A stretch of 64,000 nt of DNA, taken from contig JARDVH010000106.1 of assembly GCA_030324005.1 (NCBI GenBank), forward strand, positions 60,635,117 through 60,699,116, read 5' to 3'. Origin of the DNA: Negaprion brevirostris (Eukaryota). Below the pieces are notes generated by a model, which worked only from the letters and a program-made list of their open reading frames with translations, had not been told where the DNA came from and did no database searches. Each line of letters starts with the position of its first letter. Within the stretch, counting starts at the first letter, position 1. Both the position numbers and the translations under genes were made by a program. This document shows positions 39,121-53,503 of the stretch, in pieces.

Positions 39121-39899
39121 CTCCTGAACTGCTCCCCTGCTGAAATGTTGACCACATGGAGTTTGAAAATAAATTCATATCTCCAACTCAGCATACTCTC
39201 TGACTTATCCCATACATGCCTCAAACCCCTTGATGTCTACTGCATATTACTAATGAATTGCAAATGGATATTCAGTAAATATGCAGTAATGGAGGAAGTA
39301 TAAATCCTCTTCTGCAAACATCATTATGCATTAAAACATGCATCATTGCCTCAGCACTAAGAAACATATCAATGTGGAAGCTGACTAAACCCAAAATGAA
39401 TGCCCTATCTTTTGGTTTAACTCATATGCAAAGCTCCAGAGTCTGCTCCTAATACTAGAATGTGACAGCAATATGGTTGACTCTCAACTGCCGTCCAAGG
39501 ATAACTAGAGATGAGTAATAAATGCAGGCCAGCCACGTCCCATGGATTAATAAAATGCATAAAATGCAAGTAATTTTGATTTTAGACAATAGTGTAAATC
39601 CAGTGATAGTGGATCAGCTCCAATATTAATTTCTATTGACTTCAATGAAAAGGAAAATGTGGAGGAGTTGATCAGACTTTGCCCATTCAGAGTAAAATTT
39701 ACCCCCAATAATTAGTAACATAACACTGCTTACAGGTTAAACAGAAATTCTTCACTAATTGCTAAGTTGACACAAGGCCTGATGTTTTCCTCAGATTCAG
39801 AAAAATAAACCAACATGTCTAAAAATCAAGCCTTTTAAAACAAAAACTTTGGAAATATCAATACAACACATTTCAGGGAAAGGTGGAAATAGATTGCAG

Positions 39900-41860
39900 C
39901 TAAAGCAGCTAGAGGAGACAGATAGCAACACCTAAAACTGAGAGGAGGACCCAGAGGCAACAGGAACTTGAAAAGGGATTACAAAGGTTGGAGAATCATG
40001 AAACTCCTCATTGAGCCCTGGCATACTAGTGGGAAGCCATCAAGGAGAACATGAAGAGGGTCTTCATCCTCAAAAGTGCTCAGAAGACTATAAAGGAACA
40101 AAGGAAAATGTCCCAACTTCGGGAAAACATACAAAATCTACTCCGGCTGCAGCTGATGATGGTTAATGTCAAGGGGGATTTCCAAAAGGTGAAGAGCCAG
40201 CAAGCCTAACTGTTTGCCTTGGAGGCCTCTCCTGGGAGCAGGATGAGACATGCTCATATTTCTTTTTCCAAAGCATAGAGAGCTCTGTGTTAGGCAGCCC
40301 AAAGGAAGACGATGGCTCAGGAAGTCATCACAATCTGACATACTGAGGATCAACAAATCCTTTTGTTTGGATTGTATGATGTGAAGCCCACTGATAGCAC
40401 AGCCTCACAGTCCTTCATGTCCTCTAATGGGAAAGATTGGACAAAACCCCTAACTCTGGCCGAGTTGACTGAGGCTCGAGTTCTTTGAGAAGAGTAAAGC
40501 CTCCGGAAACAATGGCTAACCAGAATGTTGTATTCAGCTCTGTGAGAATGGGAAGGCCCAGACTTGCTGAAAATGGATGAGTGTATGCCTCTGATCAGCA
40601 GCATTTCAGAGTCCATGAGGGAATGCATCATCACCCATCTTCAATCAAAAGGTGTAAAGGGAAGAAATTAGAAATTAGCAACATATTTCACTGTTGAACG
40701 TAGACTATAAAATTCTGTCCAAGGTCATCGTCAACCTGGTCAGATCTGCTCTGGACTTGGTGATCCACTTTGACCAGACCTTTGTGTGTGGCTGCATCAA
40801 GTTGTGCAAATGCCAAGCGTCACTATGTGCTGAGGTTTTCCTGTCCCCAGTGTTGTGAAGGATGGATCTGGCCATGCAGCCACAGAACACTCCAAGTAGT
40901 TAGACTGTTCTGTACCACCTGTCACTTGTCAAGAAATTCATGCGGGAAAACTGTTGACCACAGGTCCTTCAAGCAGAAGTCTGCACATAACATCCTAGAG
41001 GTCCTGAGGGAAAAGGAGCTCGTGGATTCTATTGGATGGTTCGCTGAACAGACTGTCAAAATCATTTGGCAGAATGCCTCATCATCAGAACTCTCAAACA
41101 CGCACCAAGACGTAGCTTGGCTGATGGTGATAAAGATCCTCGCACTCAGAAACTTTCTACATGCCAGAAGTCTCACTTCATCTGTAAATTGCCATCGAGA
41201 TGCTGTGGTGAGGAAGAGGCCATTGTCCACCTCTTTGTAGAAGGTGCCTTTGGAAGGGTCTGGTGAGAGATAAAATGTCGAGGTTCATCCTGAGCAATTC
41301 TGTAATGCTGTACAGGCTGCTCCCAGGGGCACACACCAAGTGAAAAATCAACTCGGTAAAAGACTATCTTTGGTCTGCCCAAACCTTCGTCTTCCAATGC
41401 AAAGACTTGTCCCCAACCAAATGTTGCAGACTGCACATTCCAAAGTCCAGGACTACAAGCTGAGGCATGCATTAAAGCGTGAGGAAGCTACTGCAGAGAG
41501 GCAGTGGAGAAAGGTCACTGTCTAAAACCTTTCAGCCACAGTGCACCAAGGGATTGGGAATTGTAAAGAATCCCTCAGGCTGTATGACTCACACTGAAAG
41601 AAAGAAGTGAATATTATACATATAACAATTGTACTGAAGCACTTCAGGATCTGTGTGGACAACTTAACTGCACTTTCTGTAATGAACATTTGGAAACATT
41701 TGTAATGTTCTGTTTATTGTGTTAAAGCACCTCACAATGCAACATGGTCTATGTAAGAAGCTTGAACATCATTGCACTTTTTCTGATGGCCATTTTGAAA
41801 CATTTTGTAATGTTCTTTCTGATATTTTATGAATAAAGTATACTTTTGCAAATAAAAGCA
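39900..41860 (+). mobile_element. Tx1/L1-like LINE remnant
   Basis: CHYVLRF..IWQNASSSELSN..HQDVAW..EAIVHLFVE (zinc-knuckle region); 3' end atgaataaagtatacttttgcaaataaaa; 5' boundary approximate. Confidence 0.75.
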
Positions 41861-42221
41861 GTAAAAATCAAAAATGTGCAGAAGATCAACATTTAGACGA
41901 ACACAGAGTACTTGGGTTGTATTTTGAAGGAGGCTACAGAGGCAGGAAGGCATAGGCCATGGAGAGGTTTGGAAGCAAGGATAAAAATTTTAAATGTGAC
42001 ACCTTGCTGAATGAGGAATCTGCCTAGGTCAGCAGTCACAGGGATGAAGGCGAAAAGATAAAAGCAGCAAGTAACAGTTCACCTAAAACTATTGTGAAGA
42101 CCATCACTTTTTAACTTCAAGGAAATAGCCTTTTTGCCAGCACTTGTTATTCCTCAGTTTTGTCTCTTATTATATTATGGAGAAGAATAAAGAAATTATT
42201 TTAAAACAAATAAAATTTCAT

Positions 42222-42349
42222 GTGTGAAATTTTACAGTCCCTCCCCTAGCAGCATTTACTGTTCCTGTCGAAAGTCAATGGGCTGTTTAACAGCTCACCA
42301 CATTTTACAGCCCTGTCCCTGCTATGACAGGGCCATAAGATTCTGCCCA
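42222..42349. mobile_element. Short MITE
   Basis: gaaattttacagtccc / gggccataagattctgccc ends; aagtcaatggg core. Confidence 0.5.
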
Positions 42350-42462
42350 ATGTTAACCCTTTTGGTACTTCTTACAGTACTTTATTATATAAATTACGCA
42401 AATATCTATATAAAAGACTGTGCAAGGGAAAGAAATATGCACATTAAAGAGAAAGGAAGTGC

Positions 42463-43473
42463 TGTTATGATCCTGGACCAGTCCCCTGAGCTTTTGGTAT
42501 GATTTGGCTCAGGACCTGTAATATTTTTAAAGTTGACAAAGTTTGAGATTCAAAACACTTCTTTCATAAAGTCACAAGATTCCATGGCTTCTAATCAAAC
42601 AAAAATAAACTATTATGTAAGGTCAAGAGGACAAAACCATTTACAATATCTGTCTTATACTCTAACATTCAGTGTTAATATGAGGTATATGAGAGTTAAT
42701 AGGCAAACTTTGATCAAACACACCATGCTTCATAATAAATGGCAGATGTGACTAAGACAGAGCCCATGGGATCCTCAGCAACCCACTCAGATGTCAGTAA
42801 GCATTGTGAATCAACCAATCTCATTGAAACTGTTACTGTCACAAAGAATTCCAATCTAACTTGTGAAGGTTTTGCCTGGAATTCTCTCCAAAAATCATTC
42901 CAACAGTCCACTTTGCAGGATTCTGTTCATCTGGGTTCCTAAGTCTGCACTCCAATACTGACTCACAAACACAACCTCAGCACTCCGACTGTGCTGAGGG
43001 GGACATTACTGCTCCAAAGAGTATCTTGACCCCTGCAGTTCGGTATCACCAACTTTCTGCTGCACCTTTATACCTTCAGGGTTTCTTCAGAGCTGCCATT
43101 GCCTAAAGTTTGTCAACTGAAGATCTTGTACTCATTGGAGCCTCTTTCTTTGCTTCTCGCTTTCATTCTAGGGCCTTCCCCAGTTCCCTTTCTCCCTGTC
43201 TCCAGTCAGGGACTTGTGTTGGGACCTCCCTTGTCACCTGCCTGACTCTTCTTTTGATTATGGTGCCTCACTTTGTGCCACATGTCTGGAGTTTAATGCT
43301 ATTTTCTTTTTGCATAAGTGTACTGGGTCTATCCTTAGCCTGCAGAATTACAAAAACACCAAATTGTGTATGTGCCACTCACTCACAGCTTGCGAATGCT
43401 TGAAACTCCTAAGGCCTTCCAGGAGTTTCTGACCTCTGCTCTATACACCAACGTAAATCTGGACCTCATAACA
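42463..43473. mobile_element. Solo LTR
   Basis: TGTTATGA...TCATAACA 8-bp inverted termini, 1011 bp; no matching TSD. Confidence 0.6.
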
Positions 43474-44836
43474 ATTTGCACACAATTATGAGTGTGGAGG
43501 ACAGAGTGTGCAAGTGTGGTAGAGAAGGACAACTGGGTCTACGTAGGGAGGGGATTAAAATTAAAGTTTCATGGTTTGGCAGTCCTGCTATTATAAACAG
43601 GAGAACACGTGGACTTACCTTGAGTCGTCCCATAGGAAATCCACTACAGCTATACAAAAAAAAAACTGCACACTTCCTGTCCAACAACCTTCAAGCATCA
43701 ACTCAAATTTTCACGCCATACCTCAAAAGATAAAACATAAACAAAGAAACTCTGCAAGAACACAAAATATGGATAATAGGATCTCTGTTCTCGCTACAAA
43801 CTGGTTCAGTACTTAATTAGCAACAGTTAGTAAGCAGTGCTTAGCAATAACATGAATTTCACATAAAAACACAAAGTGTACCTGTGGGCTGTCTATTGCA
43901 TGATATAATGCTCTTATTGTTATGAAACAGCTGACTTATCATGATTAGTATAAACATATAAATTAAGAGCAGGAGTTAGGCCCTCCATCTGATCTACCAT
44001 TTGATAAAATCGTGACTGAAAATAATGGTCTTCCTGCAACCTAAGTATTTTGATATTTAATGCAAGCAGAATTATACATGTAATGATTTTAATCAGGCAA
44101 TTGGGGTTGCCTGTTAGAATATGAACTCTCTGATTAAGGGCGAAATTGCTCCATACTTAACCAGGAGTGTCAGTTCCTCTGGCACTCCTAATGTAGACTG
44201 CTAACTGAAAGTATTCTGTATGCTGTTGTCAGACTTGTAAATAAATGGATTTTGGTGAAGGGACTTCTGCTTCTGAAGACTTATTACAATACGTAAAACA
44301 AAACATGAGCATGTTTGCAATGGCACACTTGGAAAGTTCTGATGGATACATGGAGCTCGAGTTTCCCCTTTGAGTGCAATTACAGTTCAGAGCACAAATT
44401 GTGCCAGTTTTTAGAAGGGCTTTTTTTTCTCCTTTCATGTTGCACTCAAATTCATTTGCAGATTATGAAACACAAAATCTGCTATAAACCTGGGCAATCT
44501 GGCAGCATCTTAGAGTGTAAGAGTTTTGCAAAAACTACTGCTTTGAAAATTATTTCTTGATATATTTAAAAGTGGTGATTTGGAGCAGTTGATTGAAACA
44601 GCTGAAAACTGGTTTAGCACAAATAGTAAGTGTTTTAAACATGGTGCCTACTCCACAATTTCTGAGCAACGTGACTTTAATAGCTGAAAATGACTTTACA
44701 AGAAACTGTACAGAACCATTTGCTGGACTGAACTCCATTTCTTAGTAAATCAAACAAAAAAAACAAAGGACTTTAAAACGTCCTTGCATCAAAATTAAAC
44801 TCTTAGTTTTAAGAGCCATCTTGAAACCAGTAAACA

Positions 44837-45058
44837 AACATTAGCTGAAATTTCCAGCGGTGACAAATTCTATGGATATGGCGATAGATTTGCAGAATCT
44901 CAGGCTTCTAGCACAATGTTTACTGAACGAACACAAAAGATCAAAGAAACTCTCTCTGCACTGAATGTAATTTCCACTTAAACTTCTGCAATTGTTTGTG
45001 CTGATTTGGCTGACTTTGTGTAAATTGCACCTATTAAACCAGCAGAACTTGGCAAAAG
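44837..45058 (-). pseudogene. Disrupted exon remnant, RGS-like
   Basis: ctgttttaag acceptor; FAKFCW..(other frame)QLQKFKWKLHSVQREFL*; 3' boundary approximate. Confidence 0.3.
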
Positions 45059-45214
45059 CTTAAAACAGTGAAACACAATTAAAGCCTCAAGCTGTTTACA
45101 GTTCAAAGGGCATGGTACAATTCATAATATAATTTCAACTTCATGTTACTAGATACATGACATTAAGCCTTCAATTTAAATGCTCATGTTACAAAGCTGA
45201 CATAAATAATGTAC

Positions 45215-45290
45215 CAGCTGATTCTTTTAATCAGAGTTTGATAGGTAAGGTTCCTTGGTTTTCCATGCACACACAAGCTCAAATACTTTT
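45215..45290 (-). pseudogene. Disrupted 76-nt exon KSI*ACVCMENQGTLPIKL*LKESA
   Basis: gattttag acceptor, CTG|gtacat donor; phase 1 joins the next remnant; resembles the F..FLKGTAG RGS entry motif. Confidence 0.35.
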
Positions 45291-45354
45291 CTAAAATCAA
45301 CTGCTTTTTTTTTGTTTTGTCATGCTTTTATTGTTTCCTTGAACTTATTTAAAG

Positions 45355-45641
45355 TTTTAAAGTTAAAGTTTATTTATCAGTGTCACAAATAGGTTTACAT
45401 TAATAATGCAGTGAAATTACCATCCTCTGGTTGCCACTCCACGGCACCTGTTCGGTACACTGAGGGAAAATTNNNNNNNNNNNNNNNNNNNNNNNNNNNN
45501 NNNNNNNNNNNNNNNNNNNNNNNNNNNNNNNNNNNNNNNNNNNNNNNNNNNNNNNNNNNACAGTGACCCAGGCTGGGATTCAACCCGGGTCCCTGGCGCT
45601 GTGAAGCAACAGTGCTAACCACTGTGCCACCATGCCGCCCC
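45355..45641 (-). mobile_element. HE1-type SINE
   Basis: rc gggcggcatggtggcacagtggttagcactgttgcttcacagcgccagggacccgggttgaatccc. Confidence 0.9.
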
Positions 45642-46158
45642 ATTTGGCAACATAATATATTTTAGAATCCAATTCCAGACGGAGGGAAAATTATGTTTTT
45701 TTCAGAAAGGCATTGGATTTAAAACTGGTCAAGATTAAATCCCAAGACAGTTCAGAACCATATTCACCAACACACTGCCTTCCTTTGACATTCTAACTGC
45801 ACAAAAGCAGGAAACTCTGAAATAGTGCCAAAGTGTCACACCACTGCTAATTGCTAATCAAGTAAATGTTTCAGCAATTTTTTCAATGGAATTTTAATGA
45901 GCTCCAGAGTATAATTCTTCCAAAATTAAATCACTTATTCATTATACATGTTTGACAATTTTGTATGAAAGGCAGCAGCTTAATTGGCAGAATATGTCAA
46001 GAAATCCTTAACTTAGCAAATGAAGGCTAGTCGTCATTCTCCGGAGCAATGTTTTGAACCCTCCAAGATCAGCGTTCACTCAAACTCATTCTTTGCTCTG
46101 ACAGTCAATGTTTTATCAACTGTTCACAATTGTAATTCATCACTGGCAAGGCCACTCT

Positions 46159-47830
46159 GGGGTGAGATCTTCTGCTCTGGAGACTAAGTCCAGTGGAGTG
46201 TGTGAAATCCAGACTGAATCCTGCTGGGCTGAGGGATAGAAGAACACACGTGATCTTTCACTTTACAGCTCATTAATCATGCATCCATGAGGAGCTCCAC
46301 ATATCTCTTGGTGAGACAGGCAGGAAGACAGCTATCTTGTTGTTACCTTATGGGCTGAAGGTCCTGGTACCATATTTAAACAATAGCCATTATTCACTTC
46401 AGGCCCTCAGTTTCAGACTAGCCAAAGGAGAATGTCAAAGAGAGGAAAGCAACCTTCGACCCCGGGTCAGTACCAAATCCCTGGAGATTCTCCTCTCAGC
46501 CATGCAGGAAAGGTAGGAGATGCTCTTTCTGAGGGATGGTAGGAAAAGGCCCTCACGCCTGACCACAGAAGCCTGGGAGGAGGTTGCTTGGGTTGTTAGC
46601 CCTACCGGAACAGCCTGCAGTGCAGGAACAGGATGAATGATCTGCTGTGCTCCATCGGGATAACTGAAACATCTACTCATTGAAAACCTATACTCTCATA
46701 AGGGCATCAGGCAGTCCAGGAGTTAGAGTGTATAGGGACGTCACACATGACCAGCAAATGGAACGACAGCACCGAATGAGTGCCAGCCACTTGAAACTCT
46801 TCATCTCATATTAGTGTCTGTACTTAATCATTCACTGGGGAGCACTCAGCAGCTGTATTAGGGAGGCACAATTCTGAACTACTCATTCACTTACTGGCTT
46901 CACAATCAATCATTCTGCCTTAAAGAAAGGAGGTTGCACCACAGAAATGCCTCCCCTCATAAACTTGCAGGAGCAGGCCGCAGAGTTGATGGGAAAGGAG
47001 AGAGACTGTGCCATTCTGGAAGATGAGATCGGCCTCCCCCAACATCTAGTATCCACCTACAAGATGCAAGCAAAACTGAGTGATCTTTAATGTATGAGCT
47101 GACTTAATCAATCACGAGTTCTCTCTTCTCTATTCCAGGTACCAGCACTGCTACAGCCCCAGGCCACTTCTGAGGAAGAAGCCACAATATCCTATCAGGA
47201 ATCACCAATACTGAATTCACCTACACCCTTCACCAATGTACTTACATGCACGAGGTAGATTTCTGTGTGCAGAAATCTAGTGCAGGCATGAGTTCACAAT
47301 CTGGTGACCCCTCACTGACACAGGTCAATCACGGGGAGAAGCCACGAGAGTCAAGGTTTCTGACAGTCAGAGGACTGTTGGAGAGCAGGCTCCTGCTGAG
47401 TTCAATGACAAGCATCTGGAATCAGCCCTAAGAGATCTTTTGCCGATGCAGAGACAGGCAGGAGAACATTCGGCATAGCTATCAGCGGCTATCTGCAGAC
47501 TGGACCTGAACATTGGATGAATCCATATTCTGTCATACCCCAGCAGATGAGCTGATCGAAGTCTCTCAGGGAAGGGTGACAAGCCCCTTGGATTTGCACA
47601 CAGACCTGCATCTCATCACTCTAGCCACGGATGCATTTCAGCAAAGGCTAGACAAAAGGGGTCCTTCAACTCACTCTATCAAGGCCTCCTGGTGGCATAT
47701 GCAGCATTACATCTCCCTTCAAAAGCACTACGTGGATGGAGAACGGGTATCATTAGCCATGTCTTCTGCAGGTATCACTTATTGTCAAGGAGTCAGCCCT
47801 GTATGTTTTGAGGTCCCTCAGAGATAGGTG
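46159..47830 (+). mobile_element. PIF/Harbinger transposon remnant with decayed Myb/SANT-like gene
   Basis: From ATG 46432: MSKRGKQP..SLEILLSAMQER*EMLF..RKRP..AWEEVA..LQCRNRMNDLL; right boundary approximate. Confidence 0.75.
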
Positions 47831-48298
47831 CTACCTGTGAGTGCATTTACATGCAAGAGTCAGTACTTGGCACAAACACATCTTCTGCAATCTCAAATTT
47901 TCTGCAAGTTCAGAGAGTGAAATTTATTGATAAAAGGGCTGCTGCCAGTGAGCTTTCAAGGCCATATGGGTGCAGCTGATGTATTGGAAATTGAGTATAT
48001 TTTTTATGTTTTGTATAATAGGGACTTAAAGGGGGAGGGGTGTAATAGCTGGCCCATTTAAGGAGTACACATTGGGAGGGCTGTGTGACTCAATCGCTCA
48101 ATGGGAAATAAGTGTAGGGATTTCAGTGTAGAGCATCAGCTTTTGCAGTCAGAGTAGATCCTAGAGTTGAAAGTATTAACATTGTGAAAGTACTCTATAT
48201 ATTTTACCTGCTTGTAAATAAATTGTTTTGGTTTATTATACTAACAGTGGTCACCAAGCCTTGCAATTACTACAGCTGGAAAAATGCAGCAGGTCTGT

Positions 48299-48405
48299 GG
48301 GGAGAGGAATTTTCCAGCCTTTCACACCAAAAGGAGTTTCCAGGCACACCGATTTGAATGGAGATTGTAATGGTGCCCATGGCAAGGGGCTGGAGAATTC
48401 CAGCC
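48299..48405. mobile_element. Short MITE
   Basis: ggaattttccagcc / ggctggagaattcc inverted ends. Confidence 0.65.
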
Positions 48406-48819
48406 AGAGTTAACATTCTGGATGGAATCAGATTCTTCTTCAAAAGAGTAATATGGACTTGAAACATTAAATCTCTAGAGATGCTGCCAGACCTGCCAAA
48501 TTATCCCAGCATTTTCTGTTTTTTGCCCTTGTAACTCAAATCTAACCCAAATCAGTTTTTCCAGGAAATGGTTGAAGAAAAAAAATGACACAAGTAGAAC
48601 AGTTCAGCAATATCTTAAACAAAGACACCTAGAAATAATATAGCTGGATCATTTACTATCATTCAAAGTTTTTATGCTGAACATTTTATTTGAACAATAA
48701 CAAGTCATACATTTTTCTATGCTTTCATACATGTATTTTCAGGTTTTTCCTTTTCATACCTCTTAACCAGCATTAAAATAATTAGTTTATAACTAAGTTG
48801 AAGGACCTCAGATCCTCTT

Positions 48820-49800
48820 GATGCAGTGCTGTAGAGAGAAGGAATTCAAGAACTTAGGACCCAATATCTGAAGATACAGTCACCAGCTGAGTGGCAGTGG
48901 AAATCAGGGATGGGCAAGAAGTCAGAATTGAAAGAAAGTAGGGCTCCTGGAGGGGCATAGGGATTTAGAGCGATTGGAAGGGGCAAGACCATTGAAGAAT
49001 TTATTTTCTTATTCTTGTATTCATTTAAAGGCATTGTTAGGCTGAGAGCTGACAACATGGGGTAAATGAGACTTGGTTTGAATCAGGATATGGGGGAAGT
49101 GCTTTGGATGAACTGAAGTTTACAGAGCATGGAAGATAGGACTGTTTTGGAATAAATGAGCCTGGAGATTTAAATAAATGAAATAGATGAGAATTGGATG
49201 ACAATTTCAGCTGTGGATTGGTTGAGCAGGGACAGGTAATGTCAGAGAAGTGTAAGCGGGTGCTCTTGGTGATGGAGAGTACATGGGGTGAAAGCATGGC
49301 TCAGGATCAAATAGAATATTGAGTTTGTAAAAAGACCAGTTCAGGCTGGTACAGGTGATTGGGAGTTGGTGATGGAATCGTGTCTCTGGAATGGCAGGGA
49401 CCAAAAGCAAATCGTAGAATCATAGAAACCCTATAGTGCAGAAACAGGCCATTCGGCCCACCGAGTCTACACCAATCACAATCCCACCCAGACCCTATCC
49501 CCACGCTAATCCCTCTAACCAATGCATCCCAGGACACTAAGGGGCAATTTAGCGTGACCAATTAATCTAACCCGCACATCTTTGAACTGTGGGAGCACTG
49601 GTCTTCCCAACATTTAACATTTAATTTGAGGACTGGTCTCATTGGTTTAATGTATTGGTCTTCCCAATATTTAAGTAAAGGATATTTCTGCTCACCCAAT
49701 AATGATGTTGAACAAGCAACTGGACAAATTAGGTACAGTGCAGGGGGCAAGAGGTGCGGTGATGAGGTAGAGTTGGTTAGTTTACCTGTGGATTCTAACA
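48820..49800 (-). mobile_element. L2 LINE remnant interrupted by an HE1 SINE 3' fragment (49411-49597)
   Basis: LNILFDPE..SITKSTRLHFSDI motifs; SINE tail atcatagaaaccctatagtgcagaaacaggccattcggccc. Confidence 0.65.
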
Positions 49801-50727
49801 TAAACACACAATCTCATTTAATTAAAGTTTATAAAATGAAAAGGTGCCAGAGTCAATGTTAACTTACAGATCAATTTTAAAGGAGTCATCATATGCTACA
49901 GGATTTCAATACGGTAATACTATTCAGCATTTCCAATCTATCAGTAATAACAAATATACCACTAATATACCACTGTTTACAAGGACATACAGAATTTGTA
50001 AATCGGGATAATAATAACCACCATAAAAGGTAAGTATTAGAAGAAAAAAAGTAGTATCTGCTTTTGTACTCTCCACAGAATGCACATATTTTAATTTATA
50101 ACGTTGTCTNNNNNNNNNNNNNNNNNNNNNNNNNNNNNNNNNNNNNNNNNNNNNNNNNNNNNNNNNNNNNNNNNNNNNNNNNNNNNNNNNNNNNNNNNNN
50201 NNNNNNNNNTATTTCTTTCTAAATACAAATATAGTTTTGATTTTATTTGTGGGGAACAAGTTGGACTGCGAGAAACATTAATGAATCACAATGCAACAAC
50301 ATGAACAGCAATACCAGCACTGAACCGTACAGAAATGTACTCAGTTTCATCTCTCCCCACCCCCCACCCCACGCCTCCTCCATCCCCCCAAATCATGCAG
50401 CACAAATTATGTCCTTTTAAACACAGGAACAGTTTGTTACTAAAGGAAACCATGACTGTGATATCTACAAACTGAAGATAAAAGAATACATTAAAAATGA
50501 TTTGAAATTAATTGCAAAGAATAGAGGTATGGGGTGAAGAGTGAATGATAGACTTAAATTTTAACATCAATGCAGAGAGTGTATGTGCCCGATGTCCCGA
50601 TGACAGAACACTGATACAGATGAATCCAGTCCTTGCCACAATAAGTATGGGATTAAGTGGAATGTATGGATTATTATTCATATGCTTTGAATCTATTTAT
50701 TGCTGCGCCACATGTGTACATGGTACG

Positions 50728-50984
50728 TGTAATAACCTCACCAAGGTCAGTCCTCCAGTGAAATGGTGCTTTATTGAAATAAAGAAAAGGGTCCCATCCA
50801 TGGCTTACTCAAGTCAGTGCTCAGGATCTAGAATATCCCTGGTCCAGGCTGAGTGCGTTCTTAAACGCCCACCGCTTGTCTCTCATTGGGTAAGCTCCCA
50901 CTTGCTCAATAGGGAAACTTATATTCCATAAAGCCCACAGAGATCTGTTAATGACATCCCAAGTCCTTCACAGCCTCTATAACA
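50728..50984 (-). repeat. Gypsy 3' LTR
   Basis: TGTAATA...TATAACA; 55/64 identical to 56167-56421 over the first 64 nt; purine tract adjacent on the minus strand. Confidence 0.88.
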
Positions 50985-51992
50985 TCCATCCATCCTCCAC
51001 TCCACAGCTCCCCCAGTAACCCTGTTGGGAAGGAGTTCTTTTCACCACGTGTCTGATTTAAAATCAATCGGAGGTGGCATCGTATCTGGAGGCATGAATA
51101 TAATCAGCAATTTCCATTCAGGGAGAGAACACTGAAGCATCACTGACACAGGTTCTTCTTCAGGATTTGTTTTGCTCATGGAACCTGCCTCCTCAGCTTC
51201 CATCTCGGAGTCTACTTCTTCACCGTTTAGAAGAATAGGCTCGGCATTAGCCTCGAGCTGTTGTTCTGAACTGGTGGTGGCTGGCTCCAAGGCTAGAAGC
51301 AAAGTATGCTCTAAGGAGGACTCCCTGCTCCGCAGGCAGTCTAGGTGTTTTTTCATGACATTGTCCTGGACCTTCACATTGTAGCACACTGGTCCCATCT
51401 TCTCTTTTCTGATCCCTGGGGCCCAGTCAGAACCATCTCCAAAGTGTACAGAAGCTCTGTCTCAGCTACTTGATTGTGACATGCAAAGTCGTAGAGTTCA
51501 TGTGGTGTACATCTAACCATTTAGATTGCGCATCTGCCAGGATCAAGAACATGGAACTCATAAAAGACCTTGCAAAATTCATGAGCACTCTCACCCATGA
51601 ACTGTCAGGCCACTGCCATGAGTGCCAAGGGGCTAAAGGAGGAAGTTTTTGATTCTCCTGGCATGGATCGCACTATCTTCCAAGTCTGCAAAATCCGAGT
51701 CAAGGCCAAGCTACCAATCATAGCCCCTGACCAGTATTTTCATTTTTGATACTCCAGGGTGGCCATTATGTAGCTCCTTGAGTATCCAATACTGTCTTGA
51801 ACAAGGGACCACCACCCTGGACTCCCAGAGGATTATACTGTCCTCAACACTGAGCTCATCCGTTTTTGTCAAGTAGGGCTTGCCTTCAAATCTTTTGAGG
51901 CTCGTCCTCAGAGTACATTATTCAGGATCACATGCCTGTGATGAACCATCCTGATGTTATCTCTGAGGGTGTCACAACTTGAAACACCAGTT

Positions 51993-52900
51993 TGTGATGA
52001 TGTATAGTTTTATTGTGTGAGAAGTCATGTGAAACCATGAGACGAGCCAGTCCACTCGTTGTACAACAAATATTAAAACTACTAAAGACAAATACAGCCA
52101 AATATGATTACAATATTCACAGAGAATTAAGTATATGAGGCACTGAACACACATACACAGTTTGTATAGAAATTACCCCTTATTCCAAAATTTATCTATG
52201 ATCCCTGATCTCCTCAAGACTTCCCCCTTCCTAAACAACATCCAAATTAAATAAAACTAAAAGTCAAAGCCAGCTTACTTTACCACACAAGATAAGCTGA
52301 GGATCAAGTCCTGGTCCAGTGAAGATATTTAAACTGACTTTACAAAGGTTTCTCCAATGCTTTGGCTCTAAGGCTAAAATGCGGGTCTTGCATCCTGACT
52401 GTTAGGTGCAAACTGGCCTCTCAGCAGTTAGATGTAAACTGGTCTCAATTGTGAGATATAAACTGGCTTCTGAGGATGCTGACAATTGTACAATTTTTTT
52501 ATCCTTCTGCATATTTGATTATCTGCATCTCTCAAATTCCTTCACTTTAGAAATCATCTTGTATATACCTCCATAAACTCTCAGTCAACCAGGAAAGTTG
52601 TTTCTGGCTAATATAGCAATTTACAACTGGTTCTGTCGAGATGCCTATTAATCAGTACTGGGAAAGTCACATTCTCCCATCATGCCTTTTAAATGCTGGC
52701 AACTGTTGTCGCTAGGCAAATTTCTACCTGTTGCTGGGCAGATTGCATTCTATCATGCCTTGTTAAATTCTTGTTACTGCTGTAAATAGATAGATCCTTG
52801 AAAGTGCCTCACTTTTAATAAAGTTGAGTCTCTCTGCTTCCAGGTCATACTCTGCTTTGCGTATACCAGTAGGGTCTATCAAACATTTAGGGTCATCACA
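51993..52900. mobile_element. Solo LTR nested in Gypsy pol
   Basis: TGTGATGA...TCATCACA termini, flanks agtt/actt; interrupts pol-like sequence. Confidence 0.7.
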
Positions 52901-53503
52901 ACTTCTCTAGTGCCGGCAGATGAGTAATGCCATTGGGCAGCAGAAGGCAGCTCAAAGCATCAGTATTGACTATTCAGGTTCCGGGGCAAAGCTCTAAAAG
53001 ATATTCATAAGCAGTAGAGCACAATGCTTATCTGGGTGGAGGCAATGGGAGGATTACCTTATCTTTTTTTGAATAGCACCTAATTGGATTTGGAATCTGT
53101 CACTATTATGAAGCACTAACTATAAACGTACTGATGAAATCTTTTTATGCCAAAGATGGCTGCCAGTCCCTTTTTCTCAATTTGTGGGTACCTGCACTCA
53201 GTATCTGAGAGGGTCTTGGAGGCATAAGTTATGGGTCTTCAATGATGCAAAAGAGCAGCATCAATCCCTTGTTGGGGTCAAAATGGGCAAACAGTTTGAC
53301 AACAATAACTGGTGTTTTACCTTGCTGAAGGCTTCAGTCTGGGGTTGATTCCAGGACCATCTTTGGTGCTTCTGCAGCAGGGCATTCAAAGAGACCAGTA
53401 ATGTAGCCCAGCCTGGAATTAATTTCCCTTACTAGTTTACTAACCCTAAGAAGGACTTTAACTGTGTGGTAGTTTTTGGGGCTGGTGACCCCTGGGCAGA
53501 ACT

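Noticed and set aside
51042-51398. Independent acidic 118-aa protein
   Set aside because: It is the integrase C-terminal tail of the Gypsy element, ending just before the 3' LTR
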